Source: Phaeosaccion multiseriatum
Lineage: Eukaryota; Protista; Ochrophyta, other classes
DNA: 64,000 nucleotides
Direction: 5' to 3'
NCBI GenBank assembly: GCA_965112735.1
Contig: OZ218951.1
Coordinates: 3,968,001-4,032,000, forward strand
Shown piece after piece: positions 1 through 13,940 of this stretch. The translations under genes and the position numbers were made by a program. The notes below the pieces were generated by a model, which was given only the letters and a program-made list of their open reading frames with translations, was not told where the DNA came from and did no database searches. Positions within the stretch are counted from its first letter, which is position 1; each line of letters starts with the position of its first letter.

Positions 1-329
1 GGGCCCTCCAGTAAGCTTGGGCAGCACTAGCAGTATGGGCAGCTTGCTGGCGACAGAGGACAGAAGAAGCGGTGCCCCCGCAGTCATGGCCGGGCACAAG
101 AGATTGCGAGGGGACGGATTGGTGGAGGGAGGCATGGCTGCGGCTTCGCACCCCCCTCCTCCTCCACCTCCTCCTCCTGCTCCTGCTCCTGCTCTGACAG
201 GGGCGGAGGGGTCTTCCAAGGGGGCTGGCAGCAGCGGGGCCGCGCAGGTGGATACCGGCCTGAGCGAGGCGTGGCGCCTCAGGCAGCAGGAGCTGTTGCA
301 GCAGCACCAGGTACAGCAGCAGCACCAGC

Positions 330-378
<49 letters not shown>

Positions 379-943
379 GACCGAGCAGGAGCAGAAGCAG
401 CAGCAGCGGGACTTCTCCTTGGAAAGGCACCACTCTCGTCGGGATCCCAAGAATGCGCCTCCTGTGGGACGAACACGAGCACCAGTGCTGACTGGAGAAA
501 CGGGAGGGGTGGGGAGGGTGGGCTCCGAGGGGGTCAAAGGGCGGCGAAAGCAGCCATCCACAGGCGGTGCAGCAGGAATGGCAGCAACAGGAGGAGGAGG
601 AGGAGGAGGAGGAGGAGGAGGAGGAGGTGTGGTGTCGCTGGGAGGGGGCAGTGGAGGAGGAGGAGGAGGAGGAGGAGTAGGGACAGGCCTGCGCGATGGA
701 GGCCTCGGTGGCGAGGAGCTGCTGCTGGCGATGGACCGCTTGCTCACCGACAAGATGGGCAGTGTGCGGGCAGACTTGGAGAGGGATGTGCAGAGCCTCC
801 ATGTGGACATGTTGAGGCTCTTCCAGGAGCAGAGGGAGGACACCAAGGTGTTGCTGGGGGAGCTGCAGAGAGAGATGAGCGGGCTGGTGGAGGAGAACAG
901 GGCATTACGGGAGGAGCTGGACTCTCTCAAGCAGATTTATTGA
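1..943 (+). CDS. 3' terminal exon of a NEDD1/GCP-WD-like protein (partial; 5' part lies outside the window)
   Basis: Low-complexity linker followed by the C-terminal coiled coil ...RADLERDVQSLHVDMLRLFQEQ...LVEENRALREELDSLKQIY*, which resembles the NEDD1 C-terminus (NLHVEMLRQF...EENKRLR). The WD40 part is not in the window. Confidence 0.6.
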
Positions 944-1329
944 TTTGAAAAGTAAAAACAAATCGAAGCAGTACGTACGCATTACGTAACGGCGTCCTGA
1001 CACCCCCTCGTCTGTTCTCTGTGTTTTGATGACAAAGCGCGCAGCAATTAATTAGAGGACCATCGTCGAGGCTGTGACCTCGACAGCCGTGCGGGGAGCC
1101 GAGGAGAACTGTGCTGATTAACTTCTCCTAATGAGAACACAGACGTAAACCTGGGCAAGGAAGGCCCTCATAGGCGCCACCCACCCCCTGTGTTGTCTCT
1201 CTCCTCCTTGGCTCATCCTCATAGGCTTCCCTTTCCCGGTAGAAGCGGCTCATCCCACTGGGCAATCAAGAGAAGTGTGCTTTGAGCCTGTAGGCTGGAC
1301 TGGACGAGTGTTGGGGAGGGGCGCCAAGT

Positions 1330-2581
1330 ATGCAGAAGAACGTCGAGGTGTGGGTCCGGGACAACCAGGGCGACCAGGCGTGGATCCCAGGAACCATCTT
1401 GGAGAACCGCGGGGAGAGCATCCTCGTGGAGGTAGCAAGTGACTTCAGCAATGAACCGCTCGTTTTCAAGACGAACACAGGAGGTGAGGCCTTCTGGGGC
1501 GTAGAGGTGTCCTTGTTCGTGGTGGAGTTGGGAAATTGGGAGGGGAACATACAGCGAGGAGGAGGAGGAGGAGGCCAACACACTGAGCCCTAGGGCACAG
1601 CTGAGGGGCATTGACCGGAAAGAAGGGTAGAAGCTGCTGCTTGAAGAAGCATGCAGAAAAGAAGACGTAGCAAAAACGCCGTACTCCGCGAGCGACCCAG
1701 CCAAGGCCCTGTCTGGACTTTCGGCGAGCTCCTCTCCTCGGCCTCTCTCTCCCTACCTCTCCCAGACTCTACTCACCTACCTACTTACTCTCTTCTCTCC
1801 ACTCATCATCTGCCCTGCCCTTGTCCATCCGTCCTGTTCCCTCCATCCTCTCTTCCTCTCTCAGAGTCCGAGCTCGAGGACGTAAAGCTGGCCAACGACC
1901 CGGAGCAAAACACGGTAGATGACTTAATCCAGCTGCCGCATCTCCACGAGGCTGCCATCCTCCACTCGCTCACCTTGCGCTTCGACGAAGGCACCATCTA
2001 CACATTCACAGCCAATGCCATTCTCTTGGCCGTCAACCCCTTCCGGAGTCTTCCCCTCTACACCGAGGAAACCCTCCAAGAGTACTTTAATCAGGGATAC
2101 ATGCGCCGACAAGGCATCGAGCCCGGTGTGCCTCTAGGCCCTCATGTCTATGCCATTGCCGACTCCGCCTACCGCGCAATGATGAGAGGTATCCATGCCA
2201 GTCGCGGAGGGGGTGGGGTCGGGGCAGGGGGTGGAGACGGTGTGTCGATAACCAACCAGAGCATCCTCATATCCGGAGAGAGCGGGGCGGGTAAGACCGA
2301 GTCCACTAAGTATGTCATGAAGTATCTCACTACGGTGGGCTCTGGAGACAGCTCCGCAGCCACTGAGGTGAGTGGTGCGGAAGGGAGGGAGGGAGGGAGT
2401 TGGGGAGGGAGAGAGGAAGGGAGGGAGAGAGGGAGGGGGTGCGCGCTGGCTCTCGCTATTGGTACTTCCGCTATTCCCTCCTCCTCTTCCACCACCACCA
2501 CCACTACCACCACCACCACCACCACCACCTCCTAGCGTTCTCCTCCTCCTCATCCTTCTCCTTCTCCCCCTCCTCCTTCCC

Positions 2582-2612
<31 letters not shown>

Positions 2613-4684
2613 TCCTCCTCCTCGTCCTCCTCCTCCTCCTCCTCATGCCCCTCATGCTCCTCCTCCTCCTCCTACTTGCGCAGAACGAGACCGAGAAGGC
2701 TGAAACCGACAACAGCATCATGATGCGAGTGATGGAGTCCAACCCCATTTTAGAGGCCTTTGGTAACGCCAGAACCATCCGAAACGACAACTCCTCTCGC
2801 TTTGGAAAGTTCATCGAGCTTCTCTTCGACAAGAGGGGGCGTTTGCTGGGGGCCAGCATCGAGACGTATCTGCTGGAGAAGGTGAGTCAGATACAGAGAG
2901 AGGGAGGGGGGCGTGTCTATCTATTCGTTTGTGTGTGCGTGTGTGCGTGTGTGCGTGTGCGTAGGGCCAAGGCAGACTGTGCCTGCTCGGCTCTTAGCTT
3001 ATACGCTGGCCCCAACAGCAGAGCTTTGCTCGGCCTTAGCTCGGCTTGGCTTTGGTTTGGTTTGGGGCCATGCCTTTGGGGCCGTACCTCCCATCCACAT
3101 GCACAACCAAGTGCTTCTACCAACACCCAAACACCAAAAAACCCCACAACGTCACAACCCGCCCACCCCAAACCACCCCTACCCAAACAACAGGTCCGAC
3201 TGCCCAACCAAAGTGAGAATGAGAGGAACTTCCACATCTTCTACCAAATGACCAAAGGCGCCAACGACGAGCAGCGCAAGCGGTGGGGCATCTCGGCCCC
3301 TGACGAGCATCGATACACCTCGCAAGGTGACTGCTACGACCTACGCAACGTGGAGGACGAGGATCAGTTTGAGGAGATGCTTACTGCCATGGAGGTCATG
3401 GGCTTTTCGCAAGAGGACCGTGACTCGGCGCTGGATATTACCGCAGCGGTGTTGCACTTGGGAGAGCTGGAGTTTACCATGAATGATGAGGATAAGGCCA
3501 TGCTGGTAGATAATCACGCGATGGATCATGTCTTGACCTTGGCACATCTCACTAAGGAGAGGCTGGAGAACGCGCTGACGACCAAGACCATTGAAGTGAG
3601 GGGGGAGAAAACGACGGTGCTGCTGAAGGACTATCAAGCCAATGACGCCAAGGACGCCCTTGCCAAGGCGCTCTACGGCAGTCTCTTTGACTTTATCGTC
3701 CGCAGCATCAACGTGCACATTGCTTGTCAGAAGAAGCATGTCAAGGCCAGTGTGGGTGTGTTGGATATCTTTGGTTTCGAGGTGTTCAAGCACAACTCGT
3801 TTGAGCAGTTGTGCATCAACTACACCAACGAGACGCTGCAGCAGCAGTTCAACCAGTTTGTGTTCAAGATGGAGCAGAAGGAGTACAAGCGCGAGGGCAT
3901 TGAGTGGAGCTTTATTGAGTTCCCAGACAATCAGGTACGCGTAACATCCCATCGGAGGCCTATCGGAGGCCTACCCTTTGGATGGGAGGGATGCATCCGG
4001 AAGAGGACATCGGCAGTCGAGTGTCCAACAAAGGATCAAAGGGTCGGACTGAGCTTTCCTTCCCCTCCAAACACAGACACGGAAGCGAGAAGGGGAGGGA
4101 GAGAGAGAGACAGAGAGAGAGGAAGAGGTCCGGGGGTGGAGTTTGAGCCTTGAGAGCAAGAGACGCACCTCATTACACGTCCCCCCGTCGCTTCATACCC
4201 GCACCCACCCCAGACGTATTGGATTGTACTGAAGTGACCTCACATGAATGTGGGCATACCGTTATCCCTCCCTCACTCACTCACTCCCTCCCTTCCTCCC
4301 TCCCTCACTCCCTCCCTCCCTCCCTCCCTCCCTCCCTCCCTCCCTCCCTCCTTCCCTCCCTCCCTCCCTCCCATCCCTCCCTCCCTCCCTCCTTCCTTCC
4401 CTCCCTCCCTCCATCCCTCCCTCCTTCCTTCCTTCCCTCCTCCCTCCCTCCCTCCCCCTCTCCATCCCTCCCTCCCTCCCTCCCTCCACCTCCTCAGGAT
4501 TGCCTCGACCTGATTGAGTCCCGCCCCCTGGGGCTGCTGGCCATGCTCGACGACGAGTGCCGCATGGGCGTGAGGGGCAGCGATCGCAATTACGCACTTC
4601 GGCTCTACAAGACGCACGAGAACACGCACCGCTTCGTGTTTGACGACCACTACAAGGCGGCGCAGGTGTGTCTGTCTGTCTGTG

Positions 4685-4719
<35 letters not shown>

Positions 4720-7700
4720 GCGTGTGTGTATATGTGTTCGTGTGTGGGGGTATGTGTGTGCGGGTAAGTGCGTGTGAGTGGGTGTATGTGTGTGTTGAGG
4801 AGTGCTTTTGTGTTTGGTTCGATTACCAAGGTGCGCACTTGAGCACTGACCCTGACGTATCTGCCGCCACTCTTCCTCCCCCCCCTTCCCTCCAGACATT
4901 CGGTGTGCGCCACTACGCCGGCCAAGTAGTGTATTCCGTGGTGACCTTCCTGGAGAAGAACAAGGACGACTTACCCAAGGAGACGGACGAGCTCTTCATG
5001 TCATCTTCAAGCCCCTTTGTGGCCGGGCTGTTCAAGGAGGACAAGAAGAAGAAGAAGGCCGCAGCCGCTGCGACTTCTCCGAAGAGAGGGGGTGGGGGAG
5101 GGGCCGGAGGAGCAGGGGGTCTTGCCAACCGTAAACCAACCGTGGCCAACGGTTTCAAGGAGCAGCTGCACGCGCTGATGGAGGTCATTGCAAAGACCCG
5201 ACCACACTACATCCGCTGCATCAAGCCCAATGACAACGCCGCACCTAACGAGGTGAACCGCGTGAGAGTGATGGAGCAGCTGCGGTGTGGAGGTGTGCTG
5301 GAGGCGGTGAGGGTGGCGCGCAGTGGCTTCCCTGTGCGTATGCCGCACATTGACTTTTACGGGCGGTACCGCCTCTTGCTGGCGCTGGAGACGTCTGTCT
5401 CGGCCAAGACTTTCCCAGTGCACATGAGGAACAAGAGTAAGGAGGTTGCCAAGCAGAAGACGGAGGAGCTCGTGTCCAGGGTGCTCTGCCCGGCCATTGC
5501 CAAACAGAAGGATATTCCGTCCAACACCATTCAGTTTGGCAAAACCAAGGTCTTTCTGCGCAAGAACGCGCACGATACTCTGGAAATGCTGCGCTCGGAT
5601 TCCCTCACCACCGCCGTGCTCTCTCTGCAGCGCTACGGCCGCGGTTACGTGTATCGGAGGGTGTTTGTAGCACGCATGCATGCAGTGAGACTCATCCAGC
5701 GGATGAGCCGCGGCTTGTTGGGCCGTAAGAAGGCCATCGGGGTGCGGAGGGAGCGGGCAGCAGGGCTCCTGCAGAGGGTCACGCGCTGCTACCTCTGCTG
5801 GCTCAGATTCAACGTGGCCAAGAGTGGTGCCGTGCGCCTCCAATCGAGGTTTAGGGGGTGGCAGGCTCGAGAGACGGTGGCGGAGATGCGCAGGGATCGG
5901 GCGGTGGGCATGCTCCAGCGCTGGGGGAGAGGGACGCCGGCCAAGAGGCAGTTCGCCAGGCTCAGGCGGGCGGTGCTGGCGTTACAGTGCGCGCATCGAG
6001 TGGCAGGGGCCAAGGGACAGCTCAAGAAACTCAAGGCAGAGGCGAGGGATGTGGGCAATCTCAAGGAGGTGAGTGGGTGACTGAGAGAAGGAGTGAGAGG
6101 GAGGGAAGGAGGGAGGGAGGGGGCTGTTGCTCTTGTCGCCTTTTTTTTTTATGACCATGGTACCTCATCATCATCATCATCCTCCCCTCTCCTCCTTCCT
6201 CCTTCCTCCGCCTCCTCCTCCTCCTCCTCCTCCTCCTCCTCCTCCTCCTCCTCCTCCTCCTCCTCCTCCTCCTCCTCCTCTTTCTTCTCCTCCTCCTCTC
6301 AGGTGAACGAGAAGTTGAAGGAGGAGATGAAGACGCTGAGGGAGCAGGCGGTGCAGAAAGCCGCGGAGGCGGGGAGGCAGGAGGCAGAGAGGGCCAAGAA
6401 GGAGGCAGACATGGCAAGGGCGGAGGCAGAGGCCGTCAGGGAGGAGATGAAGCGGCTGCAGGAGACGCAGGAGAAGCAGCAGCAAGTAAGTGGGGGTTTG
6501 TGGGGGGGGGGGGGGGTGCGTGGGTGTGGGGGTGGGGGGAAAGAAGAGGAAAGGGTGTGTGCGTGTGGACGTGAGTAAGGATTGCTTGGGTCTGGGGTTG
6601 TGGGTGTACATGTGCTTCAATTGCTGCAGCTGCAGCTGTGCTTTTTGTTTGTTTGTTGTGTTGGTGGGGCCTGAAACTCACTCTCGACATGTGTTTATGC
6701 TGTGCAATGTGTCGTTCCATACTTGGTATGTTGTTGTCAATGTTTGTCGTTTAATGTGCTGTCTTTTCTCGTTCTTCCTTATGCTTTTGTGCCCTTGTGG
6801 TGCAAGGACTCGTCCGGAGAGGCGTCGGAGACTCAGCACGCCCTCGACGCAGCCCTCGCCTCTGTGGACCTGCTCAAGGGCAGGAACGTTGACCTGGAGG
6901 CCAGGGTAGAGGAGCTCGAGCAGGAGCTGGAGAGGGCACTCATGGACACTGAGGTGAGTGAGTGGGTGGGTGAATGGATGTGGGTGAGTGAGTGGGTGAA
7001 TGGGTGAATGGGTGAGTGGGTGGGTGGGTGGGTGGGTGGGTGATGGGTGGGTGGGTGGGTGGGTGGGCAGTACAGTGTGGGCAGTACAGTGTGGGCAGTA
7101 CAGTGTGGGCAGTACAGTGTGGGCATTACAGTGTGGGCAGTACAGTGTGGGCAGTACAGTGTGGGCAGTACAGTGTGGGCAGTGCAGTGTGGGCATTACA
7201 GTGTGGGCATTACAGTGTGGGCAGTAGGGGCTCGGGGCTCAGCAGAGAGTGTGGGAGAATGGGGGGGTGGGGAGGGGCCAAGAGGCAGGATGTGTGGGGT
7301 TCGGATTTTAGCGCAGGAATACGGGGTACTGGGGAGAGAGAGGATGGGCGGGTGGGAGGAGAACAGGCAGGAGAGGAAGAGACGACGACGCAAGAGAGGA
7401 GAGTAAAAAAAAACTGGTGGGGACGGGTTTCTCTTCCGCCTCTCGAGCTTTGCACTGTCAGAGTGTGGTAGATTCCAACATGCCTGCGAGAATACTAAAA
7501 CTTGGTGCTTACTGACATATCTTCTTCCCTTTTCCCATCGGCAGTCGGCCCAAAGAGAGGCCAGCATCGCTCGAGAGGAAGCAGCAGCGGCAGCAACAGC
7601 AGCAGCAGCAGCAGCAGCGGCAGGAGGCAGCGCGCTCGCTCCTCCAGCGCCCCCTTCGACAGAGAGAGAGAGACAGAGCAGCGCAGCAGGACGAGCGGAC

Positions 7701-10700
7701 CTCAGCGGAAAGTGAGTGAAGTGACGTGCAGTGCAGTGTGTTGCCTCCGTCCCTCCCTCCCTCCCTCCCTCCCTCCCTCTCTCCCTCTCTCCCTCCCTCC
7801 CTCCCTCCCTCCCTCCCTCTCTCCCTCCCTCCCTCCCTCCCTCCCTCCCTCTCTCCCTCCCTCCCTCCCTCCCTCCCTCCCTCTCTCCCTCCCTCCCTGC
7901 CTCCCTCCCCCCCTCCTCCCGCCCCCCCTTCTTCCCCTCCCCCCGTCCCCCCTTCTTCCCCTCCCCTTCCTCCCTCCCTTGCTCTCTCCCCTCCCTCCCC
8001 TCCTCCCTCTTCTCCTCTATTGTAAGCCGTGTGCTGCCCTGATACGGTAGCACTGAACGCAGGCGGAGGAGGATTGGATTGGATTTTCATGTCGTGTGCA
8101 GACTGCCCCACCGCACCTCTGTGCAGTCTTTACACTCTCACACACGCACACACACACACGCACACACACACACACACACACCCGCGCGCGCACACACACC
8201 CACACGCACAGGGTTGCAGCGGAGAAGAAGCTGCGAGAGGAAGCCGAGGAGAGAGAAGTCAAGTCCAATGCCGCTCTGAAGCAGGTTAAGACAGCGTTGG
8301 CCAAGGCAGAGGATAGAGCCGATAAGGCAGAGAAGGAGCGCCAGACGGCGGAGGAGATGATAGTGCTCATGGGCAATCGAACGGCCAAGGCCAAGGCCAG
8401 GGGAGGGAGTGGGAGCGTCAGTCTGGCCTCTACACAACCAACGGGGGAGAATGAGGAGAGTGGAGGGGAGAAGCGAGGGGAGGGTGGGGAGGGAGACAAT
8501 GGTGGAGCGACAGGCGGGGGGGCTTTTTCCTCAGAGGAGCAGACGATGAAAGAGCAGGGAGTGGGAGCGCAGCCTATACTTCACACACAAAGTGAGGAGG
8601 CAGACCTCGGGCTGGGCTTGGCCAATGACGATATTATGATCCAAAAGCTTTTGGACTCGCTGCAGGAGGAGAAGACGAGCAGGAGGACACTGGAGGATGA
8701 GATGGAGGAGCTGAGGCAGGAGCTCACGATACTAAGGAAGGCAGCAAGCAGCCCCAAAATGGTGCGAGCGTGTGTGCGTGCGTGGATCAAAGTATTGCTT
8801 GTGTGTGTTGGGGGGGGGGGGGTGTCGGGAGGGTGGAGATTCGGGGGATAGGGAAGGAGAGGAGAGGAGAGGAGAGGAGGGGAAGGGGTGTTGTTGTTAA
8901 AAGAATATCCCGCCCATCTCGCTGCGTACACTCACGCCTTTCCCTTTCCCTCCCCTCCTCTCTTTCCCTTTCTCCCCCCCCCCCTCCCCTCCCCTCCCCT
9001 CCTCTCCCTCTCCCTCTCCCTCTTGATGTGTCTCTGCTCTGCTCTGAACCTTGAACCGCAGCACGGGAGCTCAACCTCGAGCCTCAGCGTGCGGCAGCAA
9101 AGATCCAGCAGCGCCAACGGCACCGGCAACAGCGACGGCATGCGGCTGCCTGAGCGGGACGATCCGACAGACATGCTCGCCTCCACCTTTGGTACCTTTG
9201 GTAGCACAGGAGGGGCAGGAGGAGGAAGCACCCGGAATCGACCGCGTCGCAGCTTGTTGTCCCCTGGAGTGAGCCCGCGCTCCTTCGCTGCTTCGGGCGA
9301 CTTCAGTGGGAGCCTCAACAGCAGCATGAATGTGCTGCGCCGCCAGAACAGCGTGGAGGTGCCCGGTGAGTTGTTGATGGAAAGAGGGGATAGATAGGAG
9401 GGTGTTGTTTGCGATCCATCTATTCACTCCTTCACATGAGTGTGTTGTTTGCGATCCATCCATTCGCTCCTTCACACGCTCACCCACACGCCTCTCCACC
9501 CACTCTCCCTTCCTCCCTCCCTCCCTCCCTCCCTCCCTCCCGCCCGCCCGCCCGCCTGCCCGCCCGTGCTATTGTCGCCTCTCCGCTTTGGGTGCGCTCC
9601 TCCCTGCTTGCTGCCCCACCCCTCCCCTTACCTTGGCGTTGCTCTTTGTGGCTGTTTTGTCTCTGACGCCGACGGAACAACAACAACCACAACTTACAAC
9701 AAAACAGAGAAAACACAGCAACAAATCTCGTCCCATCTCGATGCCCGCATCAACGGAGGAGTGGAATCCAGCGCCAACAAGCAGCACACTTCACAAATGG
9801 CGCATCTGGAGCCCATGCAGGAGTTCGAAGAGAGGATCCGCCACATCAAGCAGCAGCTCACCGAGGGCGTCGAGACACGCCTGTGGGAGGGCACCACGCA
9901 GAACAGCCACACCACGCTCAAACTCTCCACCCGAGAAAGCGGTAAGTGAAACACGCACTCACGCACACACGCACGCACACACGCACACACGGGGTCAGGG
10001 TTAGGAATCAGGGTTGGGGTTAGTTACGGGTTAGGGGTGAGGGATCAGGGGAGTTGGTACATACTCAACAAAGAGAAGGAGGGAATGAATGTACATACTC
10101 AACAAAGGGAAGGAGGAATGAATGTACTTACTCAACATACTCAACAAAGAGAAGGAGGGAATGAATGGATCAATCGACCGCTCGCGACCCCTCCTGCTTC
10201 CCCCTCTGATGTTCGCGCCCTCTCTCTCTCTCTCTCTCTGACGTGTATATCTCTCTCTCTGTCTCTCTCTTTGGTTTTCTCTCGCTCTTCTCTCCTCTGT
10301 CCTCCTACTCCCTTCTCCCAGGCCCGAACGCCAAGCCTGGGCAGCAGACGCTATGCTTCCAAAGCGTCAAATCGAGTATGATCTGGCGCAGCTCCGTGGC
10401 CGAGCCCCTGCCCCTCACGGAGGGGGTGACTGTTCAGCTTGGACACGACGGCAAGTACGGGCTGAGGGCCTCGACCAAGGACGAGCAGTTCCTTACCCTG
10501 GGCACCTCATCACCAAAGGGGCGGACCATTGTGCTGCAGCTATGCAAGGGGGACAAGGCGCTGCGCAACGAGCTGGTGTCAGGACTCAGGAAGCTGATTT
10601 CGCAGGTGGGAGAGAGGAGGAGAGGGGGGGGGGGGAGGAGAGGAGAGAGAAAGGGGAGGAGAGGAGAGGGGAGGGGAGGAGGAGGAGAGGAGAGGGGAGG

Positions 10701-11221
10701 GGAGGAGAGACCATTCACTGTCCAAGGGGATCCCCTCTCAGAGCTCTCAGAGGAGTGTGTGGGGGGGCGGCACCAGTCATGAGGGGAGAGCTGACGCCGC
10801 GCTGCCTCCTGTCTGCCCTGTGCGCTTCTTGCTTACTTGGCGATACGCCTTTTGTTTTGTCCTTGCGGCGTTGTACTTCAGGCGGAGATGGGCGTGGCGT
10901 CCGTGTCTGTGACCCGATCGTCTGAGCTCTTCCTACCGAGCGTGGCCATTGGGCATGGTGGAGGAGGAGGAGACTCAACGAGGGCGCTGTCTCCCCTGTC
11001 TCCGCTGTCTCCTGGAGGGGCACCTGGTGAAGTGACCGTCTCTTCTACCCCTGGCCACGAGGCGATGGAGAAGAAGGTAAGGGAGGGGGGGAAGCATGGA
11101 AGGGAGGAAGGAGGAAGGAAGGGAGGGAGAGAGAGAGAGAGGGGGCGAGGGGAGGGAGGGAGCGAGGAAGGAAGGAGGGAAGGAGGGAGGGAGGGCCTTG
11201 CACCGTGAATGAATGTCTAAA

Positions 11222-11261
<40 letters not shown>

Positions 11262-11944
11262 CCCATCCCCCCCCCCCAGATCGTGGTGCTGGAGGAAGAG
11301 AACAGGCGCCTGGTGGAGGAGAGGGCGCACATCTTGGAGGAGCTCGTGCGCATGGGGGAGAACCACGGCTTGGTGCAGGTGTGTGGGAAAGCTTGATACT
11401 TGCTTGACACTGCGCTTGCTCTTACACGTGCTTGACAATCATTGTGATGTGGATGGGATGTACTGATTTTTGACTTTTGGACAAGAGGTGTCTATGGCAA
11501 CTTTGCGCCTCTAAATACATGACCTCAAATTCAAATTCCACACCCACTCTTTAGGTGCGAGAGCTGGAGCTACGCAACGCCTGCAACGACAAGGACGACC
11601 TCGTTCGGGCAATGGCCAAGGAGAACCAGGCCTTGAAGGACGACATCACAGAGCTAAGGAGAGTGCAGAAGGATAACCAGGCACTGAGTATGCAAATATT
11701 CACCAAGATGGAGGCACTGGAGTTTGACAACGATGAGCTCAAGCAGGAGAACCGGCTCATGAAACAGCGGTACAAGATGGCAGTCAATGCGGACTCCGCG
11801 ATGGGGTCCATGCCCACTTCCCCCTCCTCCCCCTCTGTTTCGGGCTTGTCGGGCTTTTCTCCGGAACCCTCTCCTTCGAGGGGCTTTGGAGCATCACGGG
11901 AGAAGCCCTCTTCGACAGGGTCGGACAAGGGTGACGACGATTGA
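1330..11944 (+). CDS. Unconventional myosin heavy chain (SH3-like N-terminus, motor, about 6 IQ motifs, coiled coil, globular tail), 16 exons
   Basis: P-loop [74 protein letters not shown] and IQ repeats. Frame-consistent GT-AG exons: 1330-1483, 1865-2367, 2684-2881, 3194-3934, 4498-4665, 4896-6068, 6303-6485, 6807-6953, 7545-7711, 8212-8761, 9062-9365, 9708-9941, 10322-10605, 10882-11076, 11280-11378, 11555-11944. Confidence 0.95.
7067..7225. repeat. Intronic 14-bp minisatellite (GCAGTACAGTGTGG)n, about 11 copies
   Basis: Directly visible tandem unit in myosin intron 8. Confidence 0.9.
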
Positions 11945-12516
11945 GATGATGATGATGGGTTTGTTTGGGGTTGTCGCATTTATATTTAGGGGAGGAAGGT
12001 GGGTTCGTTTGTTTGTTTGGGGTTGTCGTAGTTGACGTATAGGATAGGAATCAACCGAAGATGGGTGCGCGGCAGGAGTGAGGGGTGGGTGGGTGTAGTG
12101 CTTTGCTTTGATTTGGGCCTTTTCATTGTTCATTTGTCGTTGAGATGCAGCGGATACAGCGCGAGAGCAACGACAAGAGAGAGAGAGAGAGAGAGAGAGA
12201 GGGATGTTTCCTTCCTTGGCTTGCTGGCGCCGATTCACGGCAACGCGCAAAGGGGAGGAGGAGGAGGAGGAGGAGGAGGAGGAGGAGGAGGAGAAGGAAC
12301 AGAGGGGGGCTCGAGAGTCATGACTGTGGCACGTGCATTCATGTACGTAGGGACCCTCTATTTCACACGTCATATCGACACATCGATGTCGAATTGATTC
12401 ATTCATCGTCCAAGCAACAGTTGTTATTGTAGGTTAAAAACATTGCCTTAGGGAAGGGAGTCACTTGAAGTCTGATTGTAAGATTATATACATGTATTGC
12501 GTTTCTGCAACCCAGC

Positions 12517-12548
<32 letters not shown>

Positions 12549-12919
12549 GTGTGTGTGTGTTGATGCGCTCGTCCCCGCTTCCCCGCCTCTCTTTCGATTC
12601 ATCTCATTCCTCTTCCCTCCCTTGCCGGGCGAGAGGCGTACGGCGTAAGGCGTAAGACTCGAGACATGGGGACAGAAATACGTGAGAGCATGAAGGGCAT
12701 GGGGTTCAAGACCTACCTGAGGCGGCGTCTGAGGAGACCCTCTCAGAGCATGAAGGGCATGGGGTTCAAGACCTACCTGAGGCGTCTGAGACCCTCTCCA
12801 CCCTCCCCGTCCCGCCCCTCCATACGTAAATCTTCGGTGGATTCCTGTAAGTCAATAAAGCTCCCGCCCCTCCCTGGCCGTGGAGCTCTTGCCTACCCTG
12901 CGACACTCCAGGCTCCTCC

Positions 12920-13150
12920 TCTCCCTTACGACAAGGCCGCTCCCTCTTCGCTTACGACAAGGCCGCCCCCTCTTCGCTTACGACAGGGCCCTCCCCTCTC
13001 GCTCAAGAAAAGGGCCCTCCCTCTCGCTTACGACAAGGCCCTCCCCTCTCGCTTACGACAAGGCCCTCCCCTCTTCTCTTCGCTTACGACAAGGCCGCTC
13101 CCTCTTCGCTTACGACAGGGCCCTCCCCTCTCGCTTACGACAAGGCCCCT
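12920..13150. repeat. Degenerate tandem repeat with core CGCTTACGACAAGGCC
   Basis: The core recurs about 8 times, separated by C/T-rich linkers. Confidence 0.85.
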
Positions 13151-13252
13151 CCCTCTCTCTGGGCGCTCCTCCCTACGCACCTCAGCAGCATCAGTCGCAG
13201 TTGGTGATACTAAAGCAGTGGCAGAGATGAGAGTGCCCACACGCTCGCACCG

Positions 13253-13940
13253 AGGAAGGGGGGGGAGGTTCATCCCCTGCTGCTCCTACTGCTCCTCCTC
13301 TTCCCTCCTCTCTTCCCTCCTCTTTGAAGGGGGGGGAGGTTCATCCCCTGCTGCTCCTACTGCTCCTCCTCTTCCCTCCTCTATTCCCTCCTCTTTGAAG
13401 GGGGGGAGGTTCATCCCCTGCTGCTCCTACTGCTCCTCCTCTTCCCTCCTCTATTCCCTCCTCTTTGAAGGGGGGGGAGCTTAATCCCCTGCTGCTCCTA
13501 CTGCTCCTCCTCTTCCCTCCTCTATTCCCTCCTCTTTGAAGGGGGGGGAGGTTCATCCCCTGCTGCTCCTAGTGCTCCTCCTCTTCCCTCCTCTATTCCC
13601 TCCTCTTTGAAGGGGGGGGAGGTTCATCCCCTGCTGCTCCTACTGCTCCTCCTCTTCCCTCCTCTCTTCCCTCCTCTTTGAAGGGGGGGGAGGTTCATCC
13701 CCTGCTGCTCCTACTGCTCCTCCTCTTCCCTCCTCTATTCCCTCCTCTTTGAAGGGGGGGAGGTTCATCCCCTGCTGCTCCAACTGCTCCTCCTCTTCCC
13801 TCCTCTATTCCCTCCTCTTTGAAGGGGGGGGAGGTTCATCCCCTGCTGCTCCTACTGCTCCTCCTCTTCCCTCCTCTATTCCCTCCTCTTTGAAGGGGGG
13901 GGAGGTTCATCCCCTGCTGCTCCTACTGCTCCTCCTTTTC
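13253..13940. repeat. About 70-bp tandem repeat (GAAGGGGGGGGAGGTTCATCCCCTGCTGCTCCTACTGCTCCTCCTCTTCCCTCCTCTATTCCCTCCTCTTT), about 10 copies
   Basis: Near-identical units between the convergent myosin and cysteine synthase genes. Confidence 0.95.

Noticed and set aside
9990-10052. Telomere-like TTAGGG variants
   Set aside because: Short, highly degenerate and intronic; not enough to call an interstitial telomere.
12920-13150. Repeat-spacer-like pattern of CGCTTACGACAAGGCC
   Set aside because: Linkers are short related C/T-rich variants rather than unique spacers; this is a degenerate minisatellite.
12666-13484. 272-aa ORF
   Set aside because: Made almost entirely of tandem repeats with frame-shifting G-runs; no coding signal.
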